IMG/VR virus record: IMGVR_UViG_3300049793_000366
Location: 1 to 64,000 of that record
Strand: one strand, 5' to 3'
DNA length: 64,000 nucleotides
The notes under the pieces are model-generated. The model made no database searches. It was not told the origin of the DNA and saw only the letters and a list, made by a program, of their open reading frames with translations. Made by a program: the position numbers and the translations under genes. Positions 9,905 through 19,205 of this stretch are shown piece by piece (within the stretch, counting starts at the first letter, position 1; every line of letters begins with the position of its first letter).

Positions 9905-10410
9905 TCTAAATATTTTAAAATTGATTCCCAATCTGGAAATCTACCAGTACCGAAATGTATATGTTCTCCTTTAAACTCAGTAACACCATATTTTGTCCTA
10001 TCATCAATCAATGCTTTTCCGGCGAATAAGCTTTTGTCATTTGATAATATCAATCTTTTATAAGCAACATCACCAAGGTATTTCTCAACCCATAATCGCT
10101 TATCAATGTAGCATGATGGATTTTCCCAAGATGGTGCTGATAGAATATAGACTTCGTATTTAGCAGCTAATCGATGAAATGCTTCTACTGCTCCTTTTAT
10201 TGGCGGAACATCTGCGTAGAAGCCAGGTGTGTGATAAAATTTTTTATCGAATAATGTTTTCGTATCAATTCCTAATTTAGTTGACCATTCAGACATCCTA
10301 ACCTCAAGGTCAACTATTACTCCGTCCATATCGACAAATAATAATTCTTTTGGATTTTCTAAGTAACCATAAACTGGATCTCTTTCGGAGTTTCCGTGTT
10401 GTTCTTTCAT
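9898..10410 (-). CDS. 5'(3')-deoxyribonucleotidase (NT5C, HAD family)
   Basis: FVDMDGVIVD, ILSAP, DKRLWVEKYLG, LIDD. Confidence 0.88.
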   Translation of the reverse strand: MKEQHGNSERDPVYGYLENPKELLFVDMDGVIVDLEVRMSEWSTKLGIDTKTLFDKKFYHTPGFYADVPPIKGAVEAFHRLAAKYEVYILSAPSWENPSCYIDKRLWVEKYLGDVAYKRLILSNDKSLFAGKALIDDRTKYGVTEFKGEHIHFGTGRFPDWESILKYLEC

Positions 10411-10709
10411 ACTAATGTACTAATTTTTTTGTGCCGAGCTATTTGCTTCTCGGTTAAGTTCGAATCACAGAAATGAATGTCCGCCTCTTTAGCTGTGAAG
10501 TAATATAATTTAATCGGTAGTCTATGATTCCACCAATCATAAAATCTCTTATCATATCTTTCAACTTCTATTGAAAAGCCAAACCCAGTTTTGCGAGTAC
10601 CGTGTAACAACGTTAAGTCACCACAACCTTTTATTCGATAAGTTTTACCTTCTTCGATAAAGCCGCGGGATTTAATGCAATATAGTTCTGTGCCTATTTC
10701 TAATTCCAT
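10407..10709 (-). CDS. hypothetical protein with C-terminal RHKKISTL motif
   Basis: GTELYCIK..EGKTY core plus shared C-terminal motif. Confidence 0.65.
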   Translation of the reverse strand: MELEIGTELYCIKSRGFIEEGKTYRIKGCGDLTLLHGTRKTGFGFSIEVERYDKRFYDWWNHRLPIKLYYFTAKEADIHFCDSNLTEKQIARHKKISTLV

Positions 10710-10937
10710 TTAAAATTCTACTGGTCTGAGTATGAATAACTTATCAAGTGTTACTTCATCTGTTTTTTCTAATACTTTAGAAACAATAAACTCATCGATG
10801 ATATTGATGTCTTCGTCGGTGTTGATACCTTGTATTGTTTTTGAAATAGCAGTTCCGAGATTGGGGAACTTTGGGTCATATTTACTCATTATCTCAAAAA
10901 GCTCACCCTTATTACTGTTGTTGAAGTTTAGTATCAT
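10710..10937 (-). CDS. hypothetical protein
   Basis: 75 aa; TATATTTG -7 element at 10958-10965. Confidence 0.6.
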   Translation of the reverse strand: MILNFNNSNKGELFEIMSKYDPKFPNLGTAISKTIQGINTDEDINIIDEFIVSKVLEKTDEVTLDKLFILRPVEF

Positions 10938-10983
10938 ATTTTATCGTATCTTATAAACAAATATAAGGATAAAATCCGAACTT

Positions 10984-11625
10984 TTAGCTCCTACGATTAA
11001 ATCTTTTCAACGTTTTTTTGAACAATGTTGATTTTTTGTAAATCTCATCATTCAAGTGTAGCGGAGAAGTAGAAAGGTATGCTTGTGATTCATCAATATG
11101 AACTTTGTCCGGATATCCAGCATCAGATAGATATTCTTTCAATAATGCTTTACTCTGATGTGTGAAAGAGTCCCATATTTTATTAACCTCTTCCTTATAT
11201 TCAGTATTTATGTAATATAATCCATGTGCTACTTCATGTTCGAGTGTTTTATCATCATCTTCCTTTATACCAATCAAATAAAAGTCACCATCACCGTGAA
11301 TCATACGAGCTTCATCATATATGTCAAACATTCTCGTATCGTGTTGATTTAAATCAAGAATTCCAATTCTCTTTACTTCTTCAATAACGGTTGATGGTAT
11401 ATTGAAACCAGTCCAGTCTTCGTGATATGAAAATGCACCATTGTCGCAAACTTCTTTAACGTACCAATCCATGTATTGAACTATCGTGAACTGTTTACCT
11501 CTTATTTGGTCACTATTAGATTCGTAGAATTCTTGATATCGTAAGAACGTCATTGCTAAATCATATGACTCTTCAAATTGAACCAGATAGATACCATCTA
11601 AATATTTGCTGAGTTTATACATCAC
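10984..11625 (-). CDS. putative zincin-like metallopeptidase
   Basis: HEVAH (HExxH) followed by DESQAY. Confidence 0.5.
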   Translation of the reverse strand: MMYKLSKYLDGIYLVQFEESYDLAMTFLRYQEFYESNSDQIRGKQFTIVQYMDWYVKEVCDNGAFSYHEDWTGFNIPSTVIEEVKRIGILDLNQHDTRMFDIYDEARMIHGDGDFYLIGIKEDDDKTLEHEVAHGLYYINTEYKEEVNKIWDSFTHQSKALLKEYLSDAGYPDKVHIDESQAYLSTSPLHLNDEIYKKSTLFKKTLKRFNRRS

Positions 11626-11999
11626 TCTCCAAGAGCTTCTATTTTAATATCTCTTCTTATTTGTTTCAGTATTGTTTTCATTTCGGTTGAGATGTAATCA
11701 GAAGCATAAAATAATTGATATACATCATCATGGTTTGTCTCTGATATACTCATAGACATATTTCTATGTTCAGAGTTAATAGTCATTGTTATCTCAAACG
11801 CATAACCAAGTGTTGCCTTAGCTGGTAGAAACTGTGTATCAATCTTTTCAACTGAAATTGGCGACTCATCAAATATTTGCTCAGATGTATCATACAATAA
11901 TATTCGAGCCTCTGTTGAGGCAAGTATACCAGTCTCTTTCTCAATGAGAACAGCATAATAAGTAGCATTTTTATAAACCAACTTATTGTTTATTAACAT
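11622..11999 (-). CDS. hypothetical protein with C-terminal RDIKIEAL motif
   Basis: Shared C-terminal motif. Confidence 0.65.
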   Translation of the reverse strand: MLINNKLVYKNATYYAVLIEKETGILASTEARILLYDTSEQIFDESPISVEKIDTQFLPAKATLGYAFEITMTINSEHRNMSMSISETNHDDVYQLFYASDYISTEMKTILKQIRRDIKIEALGE

Positions 12000-13507
12000 T
12001 AGTCTTTAGTTGCGATTATCAGTCGCTTACCATTTTGTTGTCTTTTAAAAATGTGGATTGGAAAGCCCCATAAGTATTTAACATATGGTAAAACTTTATC
12101 AACCTCTTTCATATTTAAATCCTTATTATCTGTTGGTATATATTCAAGAGTCAGTGACCTTGTACCGTAGACATCAACATCGAATACTTGAATATCTGGT
12201 ACATATCTGGATCTTGAGTAGTGAGCAGATAAAGCTTCTCTTACTCTTTTGTAACCAGTTTCGTTATGAATAGCAGATACCACATAGTTTTCCTCATTAG
12301 CTGCTTCATCATCTATTAAGAATAACTTCATATCTCGCATAACCTTTGGTGAAAGGTATTGTAAAACAAAAGATTCATCTTTGAAATTATTCATAGCAAA
12401 GTGAACTTCATCTAACCAATCCTTACCGATAAGATTTGGAAACCATTTCTTATCTTCTTCTGTTGGATTTTCACAAATACGTTTAATATCCTGTAACATA
12501 TTGAATCCTAAAGTATATGGATTTAATCCTGAGTAGTACTTAGAATCAAATGCTGGTTGTGATAATACGTTTGAATGATGATGAAAAAATTCAATCATAA
12601 CACCTTCGTCTAAATAACCATCGTCAAACATTTTATTCATTATGTGATAGTGAACAAATGATGCACACCCTTCATTCAAAACTTTTGTTTGACCTTGTGG
12701 GTAGAAATATTGGCTTATCTTTCTTACGATTCTTACAATTTCTCTCTGCCAAGCTTTAAGTGTTGGTGAATTCTTTTCGATGAAGTATAAAATATTTTCC
12801 TCTGGTTGTTCAGGGAATCTACTTTTACTCATTCTTTCTTTCTTTTTACTATTATCTGGTAGAGTTCTCCAAATATCAGAGAAATTAATTCTATCGTCTT
12901 CAATAGTCTTCTGAAGTCTTTCATTTTCTTCTTTAGGCGATAGCTTACGTGGTTTCTTATACTTATCTACACCATAGTTCATAAGTGCGTGACAAGCATC
13001 CAGAGTAGCTTCAACTTCTTCATAACCATATCTTTCTTCACACTTATTAATGAAGTCTTTTGCGAAAACTAAATAGTCAATTATAGAATCTGCTTGAGTC
13101 CATAATTTAAACATATAATTATTTTTAAAGAAATGATTATGACCATAATTGGCATGAGCTAATACGAGCAACATTAAGCAAGTCGTATTTTCTTCCATGT
13201 TATATGAGATACAAGGATTAGAATTAATAACTAATTCATAAGCTAATCCCATTTGACCTCTTTTATATTTATTCTGATTTATAACGAAGTCTTTACCGAA
13301 TTTCCAGTGATTGTATTGAAGAGGTAATCCAATTAATGAATACGCATCTAACATTTGTTCAGCAGTAACAATTTCGAATTGATTCGGGTAAGTATCGAGC
13401 TTAAGATAATCCTTAGCAATCTTTGATATTATCTTATCTGCTTCCTCTACTGTTTCTATGCTCCATTCGGGAGTAGAAAACATTTTCTTAAGTTCCTTCT
13501 TTGTCAT
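11999..13507 (-). CDS. spoVR: SpoVR/YcgB family protein
   Basis: LDTYPNQFE, YNHWKFGK, LAYELVINSNPCISY, HANYGHNHFFKNN, QYFYPQGQTKVLNEG, NPYTLGF. Confidence 0.92.
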   Translation of the reverse strand: MTKKELKKMFSTPEWSIETVEEADKIISKIAKDYLKLDTYPNQFEIVTAEQMLDAYSLIGLPLQYNHWKFGKDFVINQNKYKRGQMGLAYELVINSNPCISYNMEENTTCLMLLVLAHANYGHNHFFKNNYMFKLWTQADSIIDYLVFAKDFINKCEERYGYEEVEATLDACHALMNYGVDKYKKPRKLSPKEENERLQKTIEDDRINFSDIWRTLPDNSKKKERMSKSRFPEQPEENILYFIEKNSPTLKAWQREIVRIVRKISQYFYPQGQTKVLNEGCASFVHYHIMNKMFDDGYLDEGVMIEFFHHHSNVLSQPAFDSKYYSGLNPYTLGFNMLQDIKRICENPTEEDKKWFPNLIGKDWLDEVHFAMNNFKDESFVLQYLSPKVMRDMKLFLIDDEAANEENYVVSAIHNETGYKRVREALSAHYSRSRYVPDIQVFDVDVYGTRSLTLEYIPTDNKDLNMKEVDKVLPYVKYLWGFPIHIFKRQQNGKRLIIATKD

Positions 13508-13552
13508 TATTGATTGCTTATTTTAGTGCTAATAGAATAGCTATGTATTTTA

Positions 13553-13888
13553 TTAGAAATAAATTGAAAAAGTTGAGAGTGTTTTTACTTTCAATTCATC
13601 TGGTAAGAAATCTCCAACTCTCTGAACCTTATCTTCGCCGATTAATTCATCAAGTTTTTGTTCTCTAACCCTTTCTGGTGAGTTCATATACCAATCATAC
13701 CAATAATCACTACTGTATGGTTGACACATTGCACAATTGCAATAATCATAGTCTCTTTCATCTTGTTCTATACACCAATAGCATCCGTCAGCGCAGATAG
13801 AACCACAATAAGCACAACCGTGTCTTAGTTCCTTATCGATTCTTTCTTCTTCTTTTTCTACTTTTGTTTTATTTTTACTAAGTGACAT
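13553..13888 (-). CDS. Cys-rich hypothetical protein with REQKLDEL motif
   Basis: CAYC..C..CYWC..CNCAMC suggests metal binding. Confidence 0.55.
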   Translation of the reverse strand: MSLSKNKTKVEKEEERIDKELRHGCAYCGSICADGCYWCIEQDERDYDYCNCAMCQPYSSDYWYDWYMNSPERVREQKLDELIGEDKVQRVGDFLPDELKVKTLSTFSIYF

Positions 13889-13930
13889 AATTGTATATAT
13901 CATTGGATAAAACTAGTTGATATCCAAAAT

Positions 13931-13963
13931 AAAAAAATCCCGATGAAATATCACCGGGATTTT
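13931..13963 (-). terminator. intrinsic terminator after gltX
   Basis: AAAAAAATCCCG..CGGGATTTTT hairpin. Confidence 0.75.
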
Positions 13964-13983
13964 TATTTAACATTTATGACTTA

Positions 13984-15510
13984 TTATAGACAGTTTTTTA
14001 TTCTATCACTTGTTTGATTACTACCTATAATGAACATAGTAGAAATCAAATCTGGTCCAGGAATACCACCCGTTACAGCAATTCTAAGTGAAGGCATTAC
14101 TTTACCCATCTTTATACCGCTTGATTCACATGAGTTATAAATAGCATTTTTAATACTATCAATATCCCAATCAATGGTTCCGAAATCTATTTTAGAAAAA
14201 ACAGTTTTGAAATCATCACTTATTGATTTCTTATCTGCTAAGTCAATAGCATCGTTACTGAAAAATAATCTCGCAGTTGGTAATAGGTCAATCATAAATG
14301 TTGCTCTTTCTTTACAGATAGTAGCAATCATAGAAGTCTCAACTGAACCATATTCAAACTTATCAGATCCATCGATATTATCTTTGATGTACTTAATAAG
14401 CACATCATCTGGAAGCAATCTTAGATAGTGAGAGTTGAACGAATCTGCTTTCTTGTGGTCAAACTTAGCACCGTGATGAACACATCCTGATAAACTAAAT
14501 TTATCAATAAGTGTATTCATATCCATAAACTCAACATCATCACCCGGATTCCAACCAAGTAGTGCTAAGAAGTTAATGAACGCATGAGGGTCATATCCTT
14601 TTTCTTTCCAACCAGTAACGGTTGTAACATCACCTTTATCATCGCTAACATCACAAGTCAATGGGAATACAGAGAAGCCATATTTATCAGCCATACGCTT
14701 TGATAACTTACCTTTACCATCTGGGTTTAATAGAAGTGATAAGTGAGCAAACTTAGGTGGTGTCCAACCAAAAGCATCATATAAAAGTACGTGAATTGGT
14801 GTTGACGGTAACCACTCTTCACCGCGAATAACGTGTGTGATTTCCATCGTGTGGTCGTCTACTACGTTAGCAAAGTGATATGTTGGAATACCATCTGATT
14901 TAATCAATACTTTATCATCAACTTCGTTTGTACTAATGGTGATGTCGCCACGAATTTCATCGTTGAATGTTACATCAATATTCGCATCAACTTTGAAACG
15001 AACAACATAAGTAGCACCAGAAGCTATTAAAGCATCAACTTCGTCTTTTGATAATGTTAATGAATTCTTACCATACATACGGGTTTTGAATCCGTATGAA
15101 GCCGGGAATCTATTTTCTTTACCGTCTTTAATAACAACGGCGGCAAAACGTTCAGCGAGTGCATCGATTTCATCTTTGCTATCAAACGCAATATAGGCTT
15201 TACCATTCGCGATTAATTCATCAACGAGTGGTTTATAAACATCAAGCCTTTCGGTTTGTCTGTAAGAGCCATATTTTGGATTTGGGTTCCACGGTGATTC
15301 ATCAGGTGTGATACCTACCCAATCAAGAGATTTTTTAATGTAGTCTTCTGCCCACGGTACAAAGCGTGTTCTATCAGTATCTTCGATCCTTAGGATGAAT
15401 GTACCATTGTTCTTTTTAGCAAAGAGATAGTTGAATAGTGCTGTGCGTAAACCGCCTAAGTGTAAAGGCCCTGTGGGTGATGGTGCAAAACGAACTCGAA
15501 TATTTGACAT
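13984..15510 (-). CDS. gltX: glutamate--tRNA ligase
   Basis: RFAPSPTGPLHLGG (HIGH), RIEDTD, PTYHFANVVDDH, HVIRGEEWLPST, KLSKR. Confidence 0.97.
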   Translation of the reverse strand: MSNIRVRFAPSPTGPLHLGGLRTALFNYLFAKKNNGTFILRIEDTDRTRFVPWAEDYIKKSLDWVGITPDESPWNPNPKYGSYRQTERLDVYKPLVDELIANGKAYIAFDSKDEIDALAERFAAVVIKDGKENRFPASYGFKTRMYGKNSLTLSKDEVDALIASGATYVVRFKVDANIDVTFNDEIRGDITISTNEVDDKVLIKSDGIPTYHFANVVDDHTMEITHVIRGEEWLPSTPIHVLLYDAFGWTPPKFAHLSLLLNPDGKGKLSKRMADKYGFSVFPLTCDVSDDKGDVTTVTGWKEKGYDPHAFINFLALLGWNPGDDVEFMDMNTLIDKFSLSGCVHHGAKFDHKKADSFNSHYLRLLPDDVLIKYIKDNIDGSDKFEYGSVETSMIATICKERATFMIDLLPTARLFFSNDAIDLADKKSISDDFKTVFSKIDFGTIDWDIDSIKNAIYNSCESSGIKMGKVMPSLRIAVTGGIPGPDLISTMFIIGSNQTSDRIKNCL

Positions 15511-15528
15511 ATTTTTTTAGATTTAATA

Positions 15529-15560
15529 CAAATGTAATACAATCCTTTAAAATATGCAAA
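15529..15560 (-). promoter_or_regulatory. Bacteroidota primary-sigma promoter of gltX
   Basis: TTTG-N20-TACATTTG. Confidence 0.75.
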
Positions 15561-15573
15561 TATTCGGACGTTT

Positions 15574-15969
15574 TTATTTGCTGTTTTCAGCAAATTTATC
15601 AAGATATTTTTTCTCTAACTTAGTCAAAGAGTCAATACCTTTTTTACCAATTTTATCCAATAGTTTATCACATTTTTCTTGTGATACTGCTTCGATAGAA
15701 TCAGTAGATAAGTTTGGTAATTTCAATAGTTCGTCACCGAAGTCTTCGGTAATTTCAACGTGCTTACGATTCTTCTTAGTAGTATAAGCTACTATAAGTC
15801 CTGTTCTTTTATCAATAAAAACTTTAACAAACCCACACTTCTTACTCGCTTTCAAAATTTCAATCGATAGTTCCTCTGAGACTCCTACTGACGTAGCAGC
15901 TTCAAGGGCTTCTGGTAATCTTTCATAGTTAAACTTTGTTAGGTCAATGGCTACGCAATTTTGAAACAT
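15574..15969 (-). CDS. hypothetical protein with C-terminal DUF6576-like motif
   Basis: DKLLDKIGKKGIDSLTKLEKKYL; TAAATTTG element at 16000-16007. Confidence 0.6.
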   Translation of the reverse strand: MFQNCVAIDLTKFNYERLPEALEAATSVGVSEELSIEILKASKKCGFVKVFIDKRTGLIVAYTTKKNRKHVEITEDFGDELLKLPNLSTDSIEAVSQEKCDKLLDKIGKKGIDSLTKLEKKYLDKFAENSK

Positions 15970-16097
15970 AGAGTTGTTTTTTTATGGGTTAGTGAATTAC
16001 AAATTTACAAGTTAACATTATACTAAAAATTATTCTTCTTAACTTTTACTAACAGCGATGAAGAAGATATCAACATCGCTGCTATTAAAGTTGAAAT

Positions 16098-16928
16098 TTA
16101 TTTTGCTCTAAAAGTTTCGTACTGAATTTGTCCGTTTTTGTAGAAGAATCTTAACCATCTTCCACCTAATGATGGCGGTGCAAATCCTTTCATGTTTTCC
16201 CACTGACCATTTGTTGAGTCTTTGTAAGTTCCCAACTGAAGGTGTTCTTGTTCGTAAATAACTTGATTACCTTGGTCATTAAGTTTCATTCTTGGACGTG
16301 ATAAAGCAAACTCGGTGTGAATGTGACCCGATACTAAAATATCAGCATCAATAAAATCTTGTCTACGTGCTGTTGATAACACACCTCTTGTTACTGGAGA
16401 GTTACCACCTGAACCGTGAGTGTAGTACATAGTTTTTGCTACTCTAGATCCACCAGCTTCGTGTTCGAATTGGAATCTAATCCAACCAGTGTATTTTCCT
16501 TTGATGATATTTGGATTAACTTTCTCAATTAATCTATCAGTCAAATTAATTTCCTGACGATTTTGAATACTGATTTCGTGGTTACCCTCAGCAATCATAA
16601 TGATATTATCTTTATACTTTTGTAAGTATGAAGCCGCATCATTTACAACAGCATCGAAATAACTACCTTTACAATACTCTGGTCTGATGTCTGATTTCCC
16701 AGAACGTGGGTCATACTTACCACCCATTACATCGAAGAAATCACCGAAGTCTAAAATACCGGCTCCTTTTTCAAGTGCTTCATCGTGGTGTATCTTTAGC
16801 ATACCCCTTTCACATTTTTTATTATCGTAATGTACGTCTGAGTGCAATAAGAACCACTGCTCCCAATCTTTTTGATAGGTCATTCTAATAACCACACAAT
16901 CATTTTTAATTTCGGTTTTGTAAGCCAT
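16098..16928 (-). CDS. calcineurin-like metallophosphoesterase
   Basis: SDVH, GDFFD, GNHE, THG, GHIH; likely start MAYKTE at 16928 after CAATATATA. Confidence 0.85.
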   Translation of the reverse strand: MAYKTEIKNDCVVIRMTYQKDWEQWFLLHSDVHYDNKKCERGMLKIHHDEALEKGAGILDFGDFFDVMGGKYDPRSGKSDIRPEYCKGSYFDAVVNDAASYLQKYKDNIIMIAEGNHEISIQNRQEINLTDRLIEKVNPNIIKGKYTGWIRFQFEHEAGGSRVAKTMYYTHGSGGNSPVTRGVLSTARRQDFIDADILVSGHIHTEFALSRPRMKLNDQGNQVIYEQEHLQLGTYKDSTNGQWENMKGFAPPSLGGRWLRFFYKNGQIQYETFRAK

Positions 16929-17331
16929 CTTGGATTGTTTTGTTTTGTACTGTATATATTGAATCCTGATGGTGTTTACTTGAAAGATATTATTTTGTGA
17001 AATTATTCGACCAAAGCTGTTTTTTTGTAGACGGACTTCATTTTCTTTACTACCAAAATTGTAGAAACTTTTCCACGGATTATACCCTGGTAAAGTGGTA
17101 TGAGTATTTTGATAATTAGTGAAGTTCATTCCGTAAAGAGTTGTGTGTCAGTGTGTTACTTATCGATGTACGGATGGTATATTATTTGAGAGACCAGAAA
17201 TACTCGAATTGTGTGAGCAAAAATAACTCTTTTTATGTAACATTTTCTACAATGTTCATTAATCTTTTCAACACTCATTTGTTAATAATGCGAAAAAGTC
17301 GATTCACCGAACCTCTGAAAGCCTTTATCGA

Positions 17332-17628
17332 CTAGCGATTCGATGGCATATCCATGCGAATTTCTATCTGAATATTTAATTGGTCGTCAACATTAACGCT
17401 TTTAACCTCTCTGTTGGTTAGTCTATCGCCTGGTTTAGGAGCAAATCTATACTGATTATTAGTACTTTGTGTATTTAAATAGCTTTTAATCTGGTCTTCT
17501 TCATCAATAAAGGGATTCTGATTGGCACCATTTTTTGTAAGGTACTCTTGAATTACTTCGTTGGGATTATTTACAACCTTGTCTTCTATGTGTTGGTCTT
17601 CTATGACTCTTATTTGAACGTTACTCAT
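17332..17628 (-). CDS. hypothetical protein
   Basis: 98-aa ORF downstream of the endolysin. Confidence 0.6.
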   Translation of the reverse strand: MSNVQIRVIEDQHIEDKVVNNPNEVIQEYLTKNGANQNPFIDEEDQIKSYLNTQSTNNQYRFAPKPGDRLTNREVKSVNVDDQLNIQIEIRMDMPSNR

Positions 17629-17643
17629 AATTAAAAATTATTT

Positions 17644-18210
17644 TTAAGCTACTAAATCATTTCCTTCACCAGGAACGACTTTACCGAATACAGCTTTTGC
17701 TTTCACTAAATATTTCTTTCTATCATCGAAGCCATTTAACCCACCATTAACAAGCTTAGTTATTTTGGTAACATCATCTAAGTCAGCATACTTATTTAGA
17801 TTTCTCTTATTCCAAAACCATCCTGCTGAGATAATTCCCCACTGATGATTTTCTAATAATAAAGGTTGATTTACGAAATCAACACCAAGGTCTTTAGTTA
17901 AAGATGCGTAGTTTGCTCTTCCTGTGATTTGAATAACACCTCTTCCTTTAAATCGGACACCATCACCAGGATTAACATTACCTAAATCTTTTCTACCTTC
18001 GTATGCTGTACCAGAAGCAAGCTCTCTGAAGTAAATAAATGAACCTGACTCATGTAACACTTGTGCTAAAAAGTGACACACACGCAATGTGGTGTTTATC
18101 TGATACTTTTCTAAGCACTCGTTAAGAGGACCAACTAATTCAGTTAGTAATGTAACGTTTTTGGTAGATGCTATTGCTTTTAATTGCTCAAGTGTTATAT
18201 ATGTTTTCAT
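17644..18210 (-). CDS. glycoside hydrolase family 19 endolysin
   Basis: FLAQVLHESG..RE, YEGRKDLGN, GRGVIQITGRANY, AGWFW, TKLVNGGLNG. Confidence 0.9.
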   Translation of the reverse strand: MKTYITLEQLKAIASTKNVTLLTELVGPLNECLEKYQINTTLRVCHFLAQVLHESGSFIYFRELASGTAYEGRKDLGNVNPGDGVRFKGRGVIQITGRANYASLTKDLGVDFVNQPLLLENHQWGIISAGWFWNKRNLNKYADLDDVTKITKLVNGGLNGFDDRKKYLVKAKAVFGKVVPGEGNDLVA

Positions 18211-18263
18211 TGTAATACATAGTTTTTTTATATATTAAAATGAAAACAGGGATTTGTGCTAAT

Positions 18264-18291
18264 AAAAAATCCAGCAATTATGCTGGATTTT
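18264..18291 (-). terminator. intrinsic terminator
   Basis: AAAAAATCCAGCA-ATTA-TGCTGGATTTT. Confidence 0.75.
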
Positions 18292-18296
18292 AAGGC

Positions 18297-18452
18297 TTAT
18301 TGGGATTCTTTACCTGATTGGTAAATTGTGTTTATCAACGTGACCAACTTTTTCTGTTCAGTTTTGTTGAGCGATGTGTTAATTAAAAATAAGTCTAACT
18401 TCTTTTTAATTTCTGCTGGTATATCAGCGTTTAACTCTTTTGTTGCTTCCAT
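18297..18452 (-). CDS. small hypothetical protein (51 aa, not in ORF track)
   Basis: MEATKELNADIPAEIKKKLDLFL...; lies between a gene and a terminator. Confidence 0.55.
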   Translation of the reverse strand: MEATKELNADIPAEIKKKLDLFLINTSLNKTEQKKLVTLINTIYQSGKESQ

Positions 18453-18457
18453 GTTTG

Positions 18458-18961
18458 TTATTTTAAAATGTTATCAATCCTGAGTTCTCTCATTTCATCT
18501 TTGGTTAATACCTTATTGAGTACATCACTGAGTATATATGGATTGAAGAATTCAATTATCGTATTGGTGCTATCGCCTTCTCTATCAAATAAGAATATAT
18601 TAACAATGCCATTTTTGGCTAATTCGATCCTAATTCGCGCCTTTTCTCGCTCAAGTGAATAAAACTTATTCAATGCTAAGTCATTATTATAAGGTGAAGC
18701 TTCAAAGCCGAGTTCATATAGTTTATTAATAATAAAACCTCTTCTCTCTTCTTGTGATTCACTCTTAGTATAAGTATCGTAGTAAATATTAAGACTTGGG
18801 TAATGTCTAATCGTATCTACTCCAATTACCAACCAATCAATTATGTCATTAGTCTCGCTCATATTAAGCGTAGCAAAAGAGTTTGAGTTAACTACACACT
18901 GATGTATGTTAGTTTTCTCATATTTACTTTCAGCTTCTAATATTGCGTAACCTAATTGCAT
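18458..18961 (-). CDS. hypothetical protein with C-terminal RELRIDNIL motif
   Basis: Shared C-terminal motif. Confidence 0.65.
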   Translation of the reverse strand: MQLGYAILEAESKYEKTNIHQCVVNSNSFATLNMSETNDIIDWLVIGVDTIRHYPSLNIYYDTYTKSESQEERRGFIINKLYELGFEASPYNNDLALNKFYSLEREKARIRIELAKNGIVNIFLFDREGDSTNTIIEFFNPYILSDVLNKVLTKDEMRELRIDNILK

Positions 18962-19203
18962 TAGATATAATAGTTTGAATCGTGGTCTAGTATCTTATTC
19001 TTCTCTTTCAAAAGTGCTGAACATTTTTCATACTCTTCGCGCTCTTGGAAATAATCTATAATCAAATCGATATAATCAGTCGTATATGTTTCCATTAGTG
19101 GATTATGTCTCAACCCCTTTTTAATTCTTTCGTAGTCTTCTTGCATTACGTAATCAAGGTTTTCTTGTATTATAGCAGACATTATCTGACTCTTGTTGTT
19201 CAT
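18961..19203 (-). CDS. small protein with UVR-like motif
   Basis: IDYFQEREEYEKCSALL. Confidence 0.55.
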   Translation of the reverse strand: MNNKSQIMSAIIQENLDYVMQEDYERIKKGLRHNPLMETYTTDYIDLIIDYFQEREEYEKCSALLKEKNKILDHDSNYYI

Positions 19204-19205
19204 TG

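Noticed and set aside
16929-17129. N-terminal 67-aa extension of the phosphoesterase
   Set aside because: A CAATATATA promoter-like motif and an A-rich leader precede ATG 16928, and the extension has no family features.
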